Below are positions 10,258 to 19,464 of a stretch of DNA of 64,000 nucleotides, piece by piece. Under the pieces are notes generated by a model, which ran no database searches, had not been told where the DNA came from, and was given only the letters and a program-made list of their open reading frames with translations. Origin of the DNA: Alphaproteobacteria bacterium (GTDB lineage: Bacteria; Pseudomonadota; Gammaproteobacteria; Burkholderiales; Burkholderiaceae_C); contig JASGCM010000014.1 of the NCBI GenBank assembly GCA_030054175.1, forward strand, positions 30,154-94,153, in the 5' to 3' direction. Position 1 is the stretch's first letter, and each line of letters begins with the position of its first letter. Position numbers and translations under genes: made by a program.

Positions 10258-11070
10258 ATGATTCTAACCATCGAGCCTTTGATCGGTTGGCTGGCCGGTT
10301 GGGCCGCCATCTTCGCCTATGCGCTGGTCGCTTGGCGAGGCGGTGCGTGGGGAGAAAATGGCAGTCAGCGCCTGATGACGCTGGCTTGGTTGTTGCACGC
10401 CTTTGCGGTCTGGGGAAGCTTGGGCAGTGAGTTGGGTGCGCCACGCTTTGGCTTTGCGCCGGCCCTGTCTGCCACAGCTTGGTTGGTTCTGACCTTTTAT
10501 ACGCTGGAGCGACACTGGTTTCCACAGTGGGGTTCGAGGCTGATTTTATCGGGCTTGGGCGGGGTTACCGTGGCCTTGTCCTTGATCTTTCCGGGGCAGC
10601 CTTTGGATTTACAGGCCTCGGCTTGGCTGTCTTTGCACTTGATGTTTGGCATTTCAGCTTATGGTTTGTTCGCCGCTGCCGTGGTGCATGCGGTGCTGAT
10701 GACACGGACAGAACGCTTGATTCGCCAGGCGGTCGAGGTGCAGGGCACTTTGCCTTTGTTGGTGCTGGAACGCCTGACCTTCCGCTTCGTCTACGCCGGA
10801 TTTGCCTTGTTGACGGCCACTTTGGCGATGGGCGTGGTCTTTGGTGAAGAGCTGTATGGGCCAGGCCATGCTTGGCGTTGGGACCACAAAACCGTGTTCG
10901 CTCTGTTGTCATGGCTGACCTTTGCGGCCCTGTTGTGGGCACGTTTTCGCTTGGGTTGGCGCGGCCGCAAGGCCCTGCGGGTGCTTTATGTGGGCGCCGG
11001 CTTGCTGTTGCTGTCGTATGTCGGTTCGCGCTTCGTGATGGAAGTGTTGCTGGGGCGTGGCGGCGCATGA
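10258..11070 (+). CDS. cytochrome c assembly family membrane protein (CcsA/YpjD-like)
   Basis: About 8 TM helices. Conserved position divergent from ffh. W-rich segments. Confidence 0.7.
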   Translation: MILTIEPLIGWLAGWAAIFAYALVAWRGGAWGENGSQRLMTLAWLLHAFAVWGSLGSELGAPRFGFAPALSATAWLVLTFYTLERHWFPQWGSRLILSGLGGVTVALSLIFPGQPLDLQASAWLSLHLMFGISAYGLFAAAVVHAVLMTRTERLIRQAVEVQGTLPLLVLERLTFRFVYAGFALLTATLAMGVVFGEELYGPGHAWRWDHKTVFALLSWLTFAALLWARFRLGWRGRKALRVLYVGAGLLLLSYVGSRFVMEVLLGRGGA

Positions 11071-11297
11071 AGTATCTGATTTGGCTGGCCGTGGTGGCAT
11101 TGGCCTGGTGGTGGTGGCGGCATCATCAAAGATCTCAGGCTCGGCGCGCTGCGTCACCGCCGCCCACCCCCCCAGTTGTTAAACAAGCCATGGTGAACTG
11201 CCCCGTGTGCGGGTTGCATTTGCCGCAAGCCGACGCCGTTCCCGGTCGTGTGGCCCACTATTGCAGCGAGGATCACCGTGCCCGGCACGAACACTGA
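11067..11297 (+). CDS. PP0621-family small protein (TM helix plus Cys/His cluster)
   Basis: ATGA overlap with the upstream stop. MKYLIWLAVVALAWWWW anchor, then CPVCGLHLP...YCSEDH. Confidence 0.6.
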   Translation: MKYLIWLAVVALAWWWWRHHQRSQARRAASPPPTPPVVKQAMVNCPVCGLHLPQADAVPGRVAHYCSEDHRARHEH

Positions 11298-11868
11298 GGG
11301 GGCTCTCTGGAGCCAGGGTTGGTACCGCCATGCCCGGGCCTGCACATCGCCGAATTTTAGACCCCGTCCCGGCGCACACCCCACCGACCTGATCGTGATT
11401 CACTCCATCAGCCTGCCACCTGGCATCTATGGCGGGTCCGAAATAGAAGACTTGTTCACCAACCGGCTTGATTTCGACGCCCATCCTTATTTTCAACAGA
11501 TCCGTGGCTTGCAGGTCTCGGCCCATTTCCTGATACGCCGGGGTGGTGAATTGTTGCAATTCGTCAGCACCGACGAGCGTGCTTGGCATGCGGGCGCATC
11601 GGCCTATCGGGGACGTGAAAACTGCAATGATGACTCGATAGGCATCGAACTTGAAGGGCTTGAAGGCCTGACCTTTGAGGATGAGCAGTACGAAACCCTG
11701 AGCGCTGTGTGTGCCGCCTTGGCTCAACGCCACCCGATTGCGCATGTGGCCGGCCATGAGCATGTGGCGCCGGGCCGTAAAAATGATCCAGGCGCCGGTT
11801 TTGACTGGAATCGATTACGCCAGTCGCTGGCCTGGCCTGATCGGTATTTTCCCCAGACGCCCCCCTAA
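11278..11868 (+). CDS. ampD: 1,6-anhydro-N-acetylmuramyl-L-alanine amidase
   Basis: Amidase_2 motifs LIVIHSISLPPG, ERAWHAGAS, SIGIELEG, AGHEHVAPGRKNDPG. Start ambiguous (GTG at 11248 or 11278). Confidence 0.85.
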   Translation: MPGTNTEGALWSQGWYRHARACTSPNFRPRPGAHPTDLIVIHSISLPPGIYGGSEIEDLFTNRLDFDAHPYFQQIRGLQVSAHFLIRRGGELLQFVSTDERAWHAGASAYRGRENCNDDSIGIELEGLEGLTFEDEQYETLSAVCAALAQRHPIAHVAGHEHVAPGRKNDPGAGFDWNRLRQSLAWPDRYFPQTPP

Positions 11869-12089
11869 ATTTCACCTTGTGAAGTGTGCGCTGCCCTGAA
11901 TGAGGGCGCCATGTTTCAGGTCTGCTGGATTGATCGGTGATACAGACCGAAAAGCTTTGGAATGCCCCATCGAATCTGGTTTTTTCAAACGAGATCGTTT
12001 TGCCGTGTGGCTTGCGAGGCGGTACAACCAAGGCAGTGATTTAAAGGGCTTTTGGGCATAAGTGTTTACGGGCCTGTCGCATCGCCGAT

Positions 12090-12105
12090 ATACTACCTAT
12101 GGTGT
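12090..12105 (+). promoter_or_regulatory. candidate NrdR box upstream of nrdA
   Basis: ATACTACCTATGGTGT matches about 12 of 16 positions of the NrdR-box palindrome as I remember it (acaCwAtATaTwGtgt). Weak. Confidence 0.3.
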
Positions 12106-12141
12106 AAAAGTGTCATCCAATCCTGTCATTTTTTCTCGAAT

Positions 12142-12158
12142 ACGTGATTCCATCACGT
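12142..12158 (+). promoter_or_regulatory. 17-bp palindrome in the nrdA 5' region
   Basis: ACGTGAT-TCC-ATCACGT, perfect 7-bp arms, about 40 nt upstream of the nrdA ATG. The binding factor is unknown. Confidence 0.3.
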
Positions 12159-12199
12159 CAGCACCACCAAAATTTCATATAAAAAAGGACACCGAATCC

Positions 12200-15094
12200 A
12201 TGCAAGCGACCGTCGGCACAGCAGCATCTGCGACATCGTATCCCCCCCTCGCCTCCACACCCACCACCACGCCGGTGGTGCAATCTTTGACCCACTATCA
12301 AATCATCCGGCGCAATGGTGCGGTGGTGCCTTTTGAACCGGCCAAGATCGCTGTGGCGATGATGAAGGCTTTTCTTGCGGTGCACGGCACCCAAGGCGCC
12401 GCATCGGCCAGCGTTCGCGAAACCGTCGATGAATTGACCCAAAATGTGGTGCGCGCTTTGTTGCGTTCGCGCCCAGGCGGCGGCACCTTTCACATTGAAG
12501 ATGTTCAAGACCAAGTCGAATTGGGCCTGATGCGAGGCAGCCACCACGAGGTTGCTCGCGCCTATGTGTTGTACCGCGAGCGCCGCGCCCAAGAGCGCGC
12601 CGCCCAAAAAGAGCAACAAGCACCGGCAGCCCCCGAGTTGCATGTGGTCGATGGCGGCCAGCGTGTCGCGTTGGATGTTCAGGGTCTGCGTGATCGCATT
12701 GCTGCCGCCTGTCAAGGCTTGGGGGCCGATGTCAAGCCTGAGCCCATCTACAACGAGACCCTGCGTAATCTGTACGACGGCGTTCCTCTAGAAGAAGTGC
12801 TCAAGGCGACCATTCTGGCCGCTCGAACCCTGATTGAGAAAGACCCCGATTACACCTACGTCACCGCCCGGTTGCTGATGCACACCATCGCCAAAGAGGT
12901 GTTGGGCATTGAGGTGACTACGGCTGAGTTGTCGCGCCAATATGCCGACTACTTCCCCTTGGCGATCAAAAAGGGGGTGGAAAACGGTTTGCTTGACGAC
13001 GCTTTGCTGCAGTTTGATCTGCGTCGCTTGGGCGAAGCCCTCAAGCCCGAGCGCGATCTGCAGTTTGATTACCTCGGCTTGCAAACCCTTTACGACCGTT
13101 ATTTCCTGCATGTGCGCAAACAGCGCATCGAGTTGCCGCAGACCTTCTTCATGCGCGTGGCGATGGGCTTGGCCCTGCAAGAAATCGACCGCGAGGCCCG
13201 TGCCATTGAGTTCTACGAGATCTTGTCTTCGTTTGACTTCATGTCATCCACCCCAACCCTGTTCAATAGCGGCACTTTGCGCTCGCAGTTGTCCAGCTGC
13301 TACCTGACCACGGTGCCCGATGATTTGGATGGCATTTACGAGTCGATCAAGGAAAACGCCCTGTTGTCCAAATTTGCCGGCGGCTTGGGCAACGATTGGA
13401 CCCGCGTGCGGGCCTTGGGCAGCCATATCAAGGGCACCAATGGCGAGTCACAAGGCGTGGTGCCGTTTCTCAAGGTGGTCAATGACACCGCAGTGGCGGT
13501 GAACCAGGGTGGCAAGCGCAAGGGCGCAGTCTGCACTTACCTGGAAACCTGGCACTTGGACATAGAAGAGTTCCTGGAGCTGCGCAAGAACACTGGTGAT
13601 GATCGTCGCCGCACGCACGACATGAACACGGCCAACTGGATCCCTGACCTGTTCATGCGTCGCGTCATGGAAAAAGGCGAGTGGACTTTGTTCTCTCCTT
13701 CCGACTGTCCCGACCTGCACGACTTGTTCGGCTCTGATTTCGAGCGCGTCTATGTGGCTTATGAAGAAAAAGCCAAGCGCGGCGAGATCAAGCCGGCCAA
13801 GACGGTTCAAGCCTCTGACTTGTGGCGCAAGATGCTCACCATGCTGTTCGAGACCGGACACCCCTGGATCACCTTCAAGGACGCCTGCAATGTGCGTTCA
13901 CCGCAGCAACACGCCGGCGTGGTGCACTCGTCCAACCTGTGCACCGAGATCACGCTCAACACCAGCGACACCGAAACGGCAGTCTGTAACCTGGGTTCGG
14001 TCAACCTGGTGCAACACATCAAAGACGGTCAGTTGGACCACGAGAAGCTGAAAAAGACCATCTCGACGGCCATGCGGATGCTGGATAACGTGATCGACAT
14101 CAACTACTACGCGGTGAAAAAAGCCCGTGACTCGAACCTGCGTCACCGTCCGGTGGGGCTGGGTGTGATGTCGTTCCAGGACTGCCTGTATACCTTGCGC
14201 ATCCCTTATGCATCTGCCGAGGCTGTCGAGTTTGCCGATCATTCGATGGAGGCCGTCTGCTACTACGCTTATTGGGCCTCGACCGAGCTGGCTCGCGAGC
14301 GCGGCAAGTATTCCAGCTACAAGGGCTCGTTGTGGGATCAGGGCGTGTTGCCTTTGGATACTTTGGACAAGCTGGCGCAAGCACGTGGCGGTTATGTCGA
14401 AGTCGATCGCAGCGTTACTCTGGATTGGGATGGCCTGCGACGCAAGATCGCCCAAGACGGCATGCGCAACTCGAATTGCGTTGCGATTGCCCCGACGGCG
14501 ACCATATCCAACATCATCGGCGTTGATGCCTCCATCGAGCCCTGCTTTGGCAACTTGTCGGTCAAGTCCAACTTGTCTGGTGAATTCACCATCATCAACA
14601 GCTATTTGGTGAGTGATCTCAAGCGCCTTGGCTTGTGGGACGACGTGATGGTCATGGATCTGAAGCATTTCGATGGCTCGTTGCGCCCGATCGATCGCGT
14701 GCCCCAAGACATCAAATCGCTGTATGCGACCGCCTTTGAGGTCGAGCCGCAATGGTTGGTCGAGGCTGCCTCGCGTCGCCAGAAATGGATCGACCAGGCT
14801 CAATCCCTGAACATTTACATGGCAGGAGCCTCGGGCAAGAAACTCGACGAGACCTACAAGCTGGCATGGTTGCGCGGTCTGAAGACCACCTACTATCTCC
14901 GCACCATGAGCGCAACGCACGCCGAGAAATCGACCGTTCAAGCGGGCCAACTCAATGCCGTCTCGTCAGGCCAAGGCGGCGGCATGAGTGCGCTCGAAGC
15001 CGCCGCCGCGCAAGCGCAGATGCAGCAAGCGACTGCAGCGACTGACATCAAGTTCTGCGGCGTTGATGATCCGACCTGTGAAGCCTGTCAGTGA
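12200..15094 (+). CDS. nrdA: ribonucleoside-diphosphate reductase alpha subunit (class Ia)
   Basis: ATP-cone (QIIRRNGAVVPFEPAKI), active-site SSNLCTEITL, C-terminal CEAC pair. Start moved to ATG 12200. Confidence 0.95.
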   Translation: MQATVGTAASATSYPPLASTPTTTPVVQSLTHYQIIRRNGAVVPFEPAKIAVAMMKAFLAVHGTQGAASASVRETVDELTQNVVRALLRSRPGGGTFHIEDVQDQVELGLMRGSHHEVARAYVLYRERRAQERAAQKEQQAPAAPELHVVDGGQRVALDVQGLRDRIAAACQGLGADVKPEPIYNETLRNLYDGVPLEEVLKATILAARTLIEKDPDYTYVTARLLMHTIAKEVLGIEVTTAELSRQYADYFPLAIKKGVENGLLDDALLQFDLRRLGEALKPERDLQFDYLGLQTLYDRYFLHVRKQRIELPQTFFMRVAMGLALQEIDREARAIEFYEILSSFDFMSSTPTLFNSGTLRSQLSSCYLTTVPDDLDGIYESIKENALLSKFAGGLGNDWTRVRALGSHIKGTNGESQGVVPFLKVVNDTAVAVNQGGKRKGAVCTYLETWHLDIEEFLELRKNTGDDRRRTHDMNTANWIPDLFMRRVMEKGEWTLFSPSDCPDLHDLFGSDFERVYVAYEEKAKRGEIKPAKTVQASDLWRKMLTMLFETGHPWITFKDACNVRSPQQHAGVVHSSNLCTEITLNTSDTETAVCNLGSVNLVQHIKDGQLDHEKLKKTISTAMRMLDNVIDINYYAVKKARDSNLRHRPVGLGVMSFQDCLYTLRIPYASAEAVEFADHSMEAVCYYAYWASTELARERGKYSSYKGSLWDQGVLPLDTLDKLAQARGGYVEVDRSVTLDWDGLRRKIAQDGMRNSNCVAIAPTATISNIIGVDASIEPCFGNLSVKSNLSGEFTIINSYLVSDLKRLGLWDDVMVMDLKHFDGSLRPIDRVPQDIKSLYATAFEVEPQWLVEAASRRQKWIDQAQSLNIYMAGASGKKLDETYKLAWLRGLKTTYYLRTMSATHAEKSTVQAGQLNAVSSGQGGGMSALEAAAAQAQMQQATAATDIKFCGVDDPTCEACQ

Positions 15095-15110
15095 CACGCA
15101 ACACTTCATC

Positions 15111-15150
15111 GCAATGATGTGAATAGCCACTTTTCTTTTCACATCATTGC
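15111..15150 (+). repeat. perfect 13-bp inverted repeat in the nrdA-nrdB spacer
   Basis: GCAATGATGTGAA (15111-15123) and TTCACATCATTGC (15138-15150), with a 14-nt loop. Confidence 0.8.
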
Positions 15151-15178
15151 ATTCATAATCTGAACACTGGAAATTTTT

Positions 15179-16396
15179 ATGTTGACCTGGGACGACGAAG
15201 TCAAGCCCTCATCGCCAAGCACTGTCATGGGTGGAGCCCAAGCCCACCCAGACCTGACTTCCCCTAAGCTGACCCCGCAGCCCACTGTGCGCACGTTGGA
15301 TGACGGCGCAGTGGCTCCCATCTCTGTATTGGCGGCACCTGCTCCTCGTGCAGCCAATTCGCCTTCAGGCAGCCTCGATCGTCGCGTGAATGTGGCTGAC
15401 AAGCGCATCATCAACGGCCAGACCGATGTCAACCAGTTGGTGCCCTTCAAATACAAATGGGCTTGGGAAAAATACCTGGCCACTTGCGCCAATCACTGGA
15501 TGCCGCAAGAGGTCAATATGAATCGCGACATCGCCTTGTGGAAAGACCCCAATGGGCTGTCCGAGGACGAGCGCCGCATCATCAAGCGCAACCTGGGCTT
15601 TTTTGTCACAGCCGATTCGCTGGCTGCAAACAACATCACGCTGGGCACCTACCGCCACATCACGGCCCCCGAGTGCCGCCAGTTCTTGTTGCGTCAAGCC
15701 TTCGAAGAGGCCATCCACACCCATGCTTACCAGTACATTGTCGAGTCGTTGGGGTTGGACGAGTCGGAGATCTTCAATGCTTACCACGAAGTCTCGTCCA
15801 TCCGGGACAAGGACGAATTCCTGATCCCGTTCATCGACGCGATCATGAATCCCAACTTTCATACCGGCACGCCCGAGACCGATCAGACGCTGTTGAAGTC
15901 ACTGATTGTGTTTGCTTGCCTGATGGAAGGGCTGTTCTTCTACGTGGGCTTCACGCAGATTTTGGCGCTGGGCCGCCAAAATAAGATGACCGGTGCCGCT
16001 GAACAGTACCAGTACATCTTGCGCGACGAGTCGATGCACTGCAATTTCGGAATCGATCTGATCAACCAGATCAAACTTGAGAACCCGCACCTGTGGACCG
16101 CCGAGTTCAAGGCGGAAATCAAGGCCCTGTTCCTCAAGGCCGTCGAACTCGAGTACCGTTACGCTGAAGACACCATGCCGCGCGGCGTGCTGGGTTTGAA
16201 CTCATCCATGTTCAAAGGCTATTTGCGCTACATCGCCAACCGCCGTGCCACCCAAATCGGCTTGGAAGCCCTTTTCCCCAACGAAGAGAATCCCTTCCCT
16301 TGGATGAGCGAGATGATCGACCTGAAGAAAGAGCGTAATTTCTTCGAAACCCGAGTCATCGAGTACCAATCCGGCGGGGCCCTGTCCTGGGATTGA
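15179..16396 (+). CDS. nrdB: ribonucleoside-diphosphate reductase beta subunit
   Basis: Di-iron ligand motifs [34 protein letters not shown]. Confidence 0.95.
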   Translation: MLTWDDEVKPSSPSTVMGGAQAHPDLTSPKLTPQPTVRTLDDGAVAPISVLAAPAPRAANSPSGSLDRRVNVADKRIINGQTDVNQLVPFKYKWAWEKYLATCANHWMPQEVNMNRDIALWKDPNGLSEDERRIIKRNLGFFVTADSLAANNITLGTYRHITAPECRQFLLRQAFEEAIHTHAYQYIVESLGLDESEIFNAYHEVSSIRDKDEFLIPFIDAIMNPNFHTGTPETDQTLLKSLIVFACLMEGLFFYVGFTQILALGRQNKMTGAAEQYQYILRDESMHCNFGIDLINQIKLENPHLWTAEFKAEIKALFLKAVELEYRYAEDTMPRGVLGLNSSMFKGYLRYIANRRATQIGLEALFPNEENPFPWMSEMIDLKKERNFFETRVIEYQSGGALSWD

Positions 16397-16472
16397 AACC
16401 GTTCATGTCATTGAATTCACCCACCTACCCTGATGAGTCGCCCCGGCGGGCGCGGGTGCTGGGTTTACCCCG

Positions 16473-16506
16473 TTCAGGGTATTGGACCCGGGTCCAGCAC
16501 CCTGAA
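16473..16506. repeat. 34-nt near-perfect palindrome downstream of nrdB
   Basis: TTCAGGGTATTGGACCC|GGGTCCAGCACCCTGAA, arms 15/17 complementary. No U-tract follows. Confidence 0.7.
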
Positions 16507-16568
16507 TCGCTTGTTGCCTTTGGGCGGCGAGTGTTTTTCACCAACGATCCTCTCTAAAGGAGTACATC

Positions 16569-16925
16569 ATGGCAACTGCAAAAAAACCGGCCGCCAAGAA
16601 AGCCGCCCCCAAGAAGGCTGCGGCCAAAAAGCCCGCCGCTAAAAAAGCCGCTCCCAAGAAGGCCGCGGCTAAAAAGCCCGCTGCCAAAAAGGTAGCAGCG
16701 AAGAAGCCCGCAGCAAAAAAAGTCGCAGCGAAAAAGCCGGCCGCGAAAAAAGCCGCCGCGAAAAAAGTCGCGAAGAAACCCGCTGCGAAAAAGCCGGCCG
16801 CGAAGAAAAAGCCTGCGAAAAAAGCGGCCAAAAAGCCGGCCGCGAAAGCGCCTGCTGCGCCTGCGGCTCAGACCACTCTGAACCCGCAGGCCGCTTGGCC
16901 GTTTCCCACGGCCAGCAAGCCCTGA
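16569..16925 (+). CDS. histone H1-like Lys/Ala/Pro-repeat nucleoid protein
   Basis: MATAKKPAAKKAAPKKAAAKKPAAKK... runs for about 95 aa, then TLNPQAAWPFPTASKP. Good SD (AAGGAG) upstream. Confidence 0.8.
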   Translation: MATAKKPAAKKAAPKKAAAKKPAAKKAAPKKAAAKKPAAKKVAAKKPAAKKVAAKKPAAKKAAAKKVAKKPAAKKPAAKKKPAKKAAKKPAAKAPAAPAAQTTLNPQAAWPFPTASKP

Positions 16926-16942
16926 GTATTTCAGGTCATACC

Positions 16943-16976
16943 AAGCCCGTGAGCCTCAAAGCCACGGGCTTTTTTA
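16943..16976 (+). terminator. rho-independent terminator
   Basis: AAGCCCGTG (16943-16951), loop, CACGGGCTT (16963-16971), followed by a T-run. Confidence 0.8.
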
Positions 16977-17858
16977 TTTCACCTGGTAGTTTTGCGGACC
17001 GCGCTGGGCGATTTTGAGCGCCCCAATCCTGTTGCCCAATTCGGCGCAACGTGTCAAATCCCAGTCCTGCTCCAAGCCGAACAACAGTGCCCCACGCCAA
17101 GCATCGCCACAACCCGTGGGGTCGACAACTTGGGTGGCTTGTACCGGCGGCACATGGGTTTTTTGACCGTCCACCCAAACTTCGCAACCTTGACCGCCCA
17201 AGGTAATGATCAGACCGCGCACTCGCCGTGAGATTTTCGCAGCAGACCAGCCTGTTCGATCACACAGCATCTTGCCTTCATAATCATTGACTGTGACCCA
17301 AGTCGCCAAATCGATGAAATGCGCGAGATCGGAACCTTCAAACATGGGCAGGCCTTGGCCTGGATCAAAGACAAAAGGAATACCAGCCGCATGCATTTGT
17401 TCGGCATGTTGCGCCATGGCATCACGCCCATCGGGCGAGATGATACCCAGCCTGATGTCGGCACGGGATTGCACAACAGTGACATGGGCTTGCGCCATGG
17501 CGCCGGGGTGAAAGGCCGTGATCTGGTTGTTGTCGCGGTCGGTCATGATCATGGCCTGAGCGGTGTACTCTGATTTGATCAGCTGGACGAACTCGGTCGA
17601 GATGCCCAGTTGACCCAGTCGCTCTAGATAGGTCTCACCATCGCGACCCAGTGTGGCCATAGGCAAAGGGGTACCACCCAATTGACGAAGACTGTAGGCG
17701 ATGTTGCCGGCGCAGCCACCAAAATCGCGACGCAAAGCAGGCACCAGGAACGAGACATTCAGAATGTGCAATTGCTCAGGCAGGATTTGCTCGGCAAAGC
17801 GACCTTCAAAATCCATGATGGTATCGAATGCGAGGGAGCCGCAAATGAGAGTGGCCAT
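16974..17858 (-). CDS. PfkB-family carbohydrate/nucleoside kinase
   Basis: RDFGGCAGN near the N-terminus and PfkB signature VVDPTGCGDAWRGALL. Confidence 0.85.
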   Translation of the reverse strand: MATLICGSLAFDTIMDFEGRFAEQILPEQLHILNVSFLVPALRRDFGGCAGNIAYSLRQLGGTPLPMATLGRDGETYLERLGQLGISTEFVQLIKSEYTAQAMIMTDRDNNQITAFHPGAMAQAHVTVVQSRADIRLGIISPDGRDAMAQHAEQMHAAGIPFVFDPGQGLPMFEGSDLAHFIDLATWVTVNDYEGKMLCDRTGWSAAKISRRVRGLIITLGGQGCEVWVDGQKTHVPPVQATQVVDPTGCGDAWRGALLFGLEQDWDLTRCAELGNRIGALKIAQRGPQNYQVK

Positions 17859-17869
17859 GAGAGTGTCTT

Positions 17870-18580
17870 TCAGGGGTAAAAAACTTCGACGCGAAACCCG
17901 TTGATGTGGTTGTGCAGATCGGCTTCAAGCAACATTCGGGTTTCGGTTTCGATGCCGTGACCAGGGGACAGGGCTTGGCTGAGTCCCAAGTTATCCGGCA
18001 AAAGCACTTTGCGCAACACTGGTCGATCGTAAGAGTCGGTCAAAATCAACTCAATGGCCGGCGTAGCGACGATGTGTGTCAGGTCGTTGCGCAAGTGCAG
18101 ACTGAAGACGAAGTCGCCGCTGTCTTTTTGATCAAAACCGCTGGAAACCACGCTGATCGCAGAAAGCATCTCAGGTGGCTGGATGCGGCAATTCAGCGGT
18201 TGACACAAGGCGCGCAATAGGGGCTCGCACCAAGGCCAACGTGCCGACCAGAGGTTGCGATGGTGCAAACTGATTTGGATCAAGAGCAGCAGCCCAAGGA
18301 CCAGGATCAAGCCAGCCCGGAGTCGATTTCGGCGGGTGCGAGGGAGTGACTCAACAGGTTCATGTGGTGCCTTGGGGATGGCGCGGACAGCGCTGCCGGC
18401 GGGCAAGGGGTCGTCTCGCAAGGCGATGCGCACATCGGTGATTTCGTCGGCCACGAACAAATGGCGTTGTGGCACGTAACGCAGCCCACAACTGGGACAA
18501 GCGCGGGCGGACTGGGTATCTATGCCCGATTGGATGGGCTCAATTTGATGGCAATGCGGGCACCTGGATTGCAGCTTCAT
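17870..18580 (-). CDS. zinc-ribbon plus DUF3426-like membrane protein
   Basis: CPHC...CPSC ribbon, one TM helix, C-terminal beta-rich domain. Start set at MKLQSRCPHC, overlapping the prmA stop. Confidence 0.65.
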   Translation of the reverse strand: MKLQSRCPHCHQIEPIQSGIDTQSARACPSCGLRYVPQRHLFVADEITDVRIALRDDPLPAGSAVRAIPKAPHEPVESLPRTRRNRLRAGLILVLGLLLLIQISLHHRNLWSARWPWCEPLLRALCQPLNCRIQPPEMLSAISVVSSGFDQKDSGDFVFSLHLRNDLTHIVATPAIELILTDSYDRPVLRKVLLPDNLGLSQALSPGHGIETETRMLLEADLHNHINGFRVEVFYP

Positions 18581-19464
18581 GGCGCGAAGTGGGCGCTCAT
18601 GCATACCCAGCCCTCTTGCTCATCGACCACGCTCAGGTCGCAGTAGGGGGAATAGGCCGTTTGCAATTCGGCAGACTGGCGAGACAAAATACCTGCCAAG
18701 ACCAAATGGCCACCGGGCTTTACGCGCTGGCACAACAAGGGGGCCAAGACCTTCAGGGGCGTGGCCAGGATATTGGCAAGCACCACGTCGTAATGGGCTT
18801 GCACCATGTCGGGCAGGCCTGCGCGCAGTTGTACGCCATTGGCCTGAGCATTGTCCAAGGTGGCGCGCACCGCTTCGGGATCGATGTCGATGGCATCAAT
18901 GGACGGGGCTCCGTGTAAGGCCGCGCCGATGGCCAAGATGCCTGAGCCACAACCGTAGTCAAGCACCGACTGATCGATCCAGCCATGTCGAGACACCCAG
19001 CGCAAGCACATGCGGGTGGTCGGGTGGGTGCCGGTGCCAAAGGCCAAGCCAGGGTCCAGACGAATGACTTTTTTCGCCTGGGCGGGAACTTCGTGCCAAG
19101 TGGGCACGATCCAGAAGTCGGGGGTGATATCCACTGGGGCGAACTGAGATTGGGTCAGCCGAACCCAGTCTTGCTCCGCCAGGGCCTGAATCGACAACAG
19201 TTGGCAATTGGCAAAAAAAACTTGGGGTGCAAGCAAGGCGGCCGCCTCGCGGGCCAACTCTTCAGTGGCAAAGAGAGCGGTGACCGTCGAGCGCAACCAG
19301 CCTTCTCGGGGTGGAGGCATGCCGGGCTCGCCAAATAAGGCGCACTCGGCATCGGTGTGCGCATCGGCGTCTTCGACCGAGACGCTCAAGGCATCGAGGG
19401 CATCAAGAGCGTCACTGACGGTCTCGACTTGCTCTTCGGGAACCAGCAACCGCAATTCAAACAT
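18577..19464 (-). CDS. prmA: ribosomal protein L11 methyltransferase
   Basis: [14 protein letters not shown] start and SAM motif VLDYGCGSGILAIGAA. The start shares 1 nt with the accC stop (TGATG). Confidence 0.9.
   Translation of the reverse strand: MFELRLLVPEEQVETVSDALDALDALSVSVEDADAHTDAECALFGEPGMPPPREGWLRSTVTALFATEELAREAAALLAPQVFFANCQLLSIQALAEQDWVRLTQSQFAPVDITPDFWIVPTWHEVPAQAKKVIRLDPGLAFGTGTHPTTRMCLRWVSRHGWIDQSVLDYGCGSGILAIGAALHGAPSIDAIDIDPEAVRATLDNAQANGVQLRAGLPDMVQAHYDVVLANILATPLKVLAPLLCQRVKPGGHLVLAGILSRQSAELQTAYSPYCDLSVVDEQEGWVCMSAHFAP

Noticed and set aside
13898-14950. 350-aa minus-strand ORF
   Set aside because: It is antisense to nrdA. It is a shadow ORF.
16538-16831. 97-aa FFAAGFFAA-repeat ORF, and the idea that the region is a CRISPR-like or tandem non-coding repeat
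   Set aside because: It is the reverse complement of the AAKKPAAKK coding repeats. The plus-strand gene has an SD, a sensible start and a terminator. The repeats are contiguous with no spacers, so this is not a CRISPR array.
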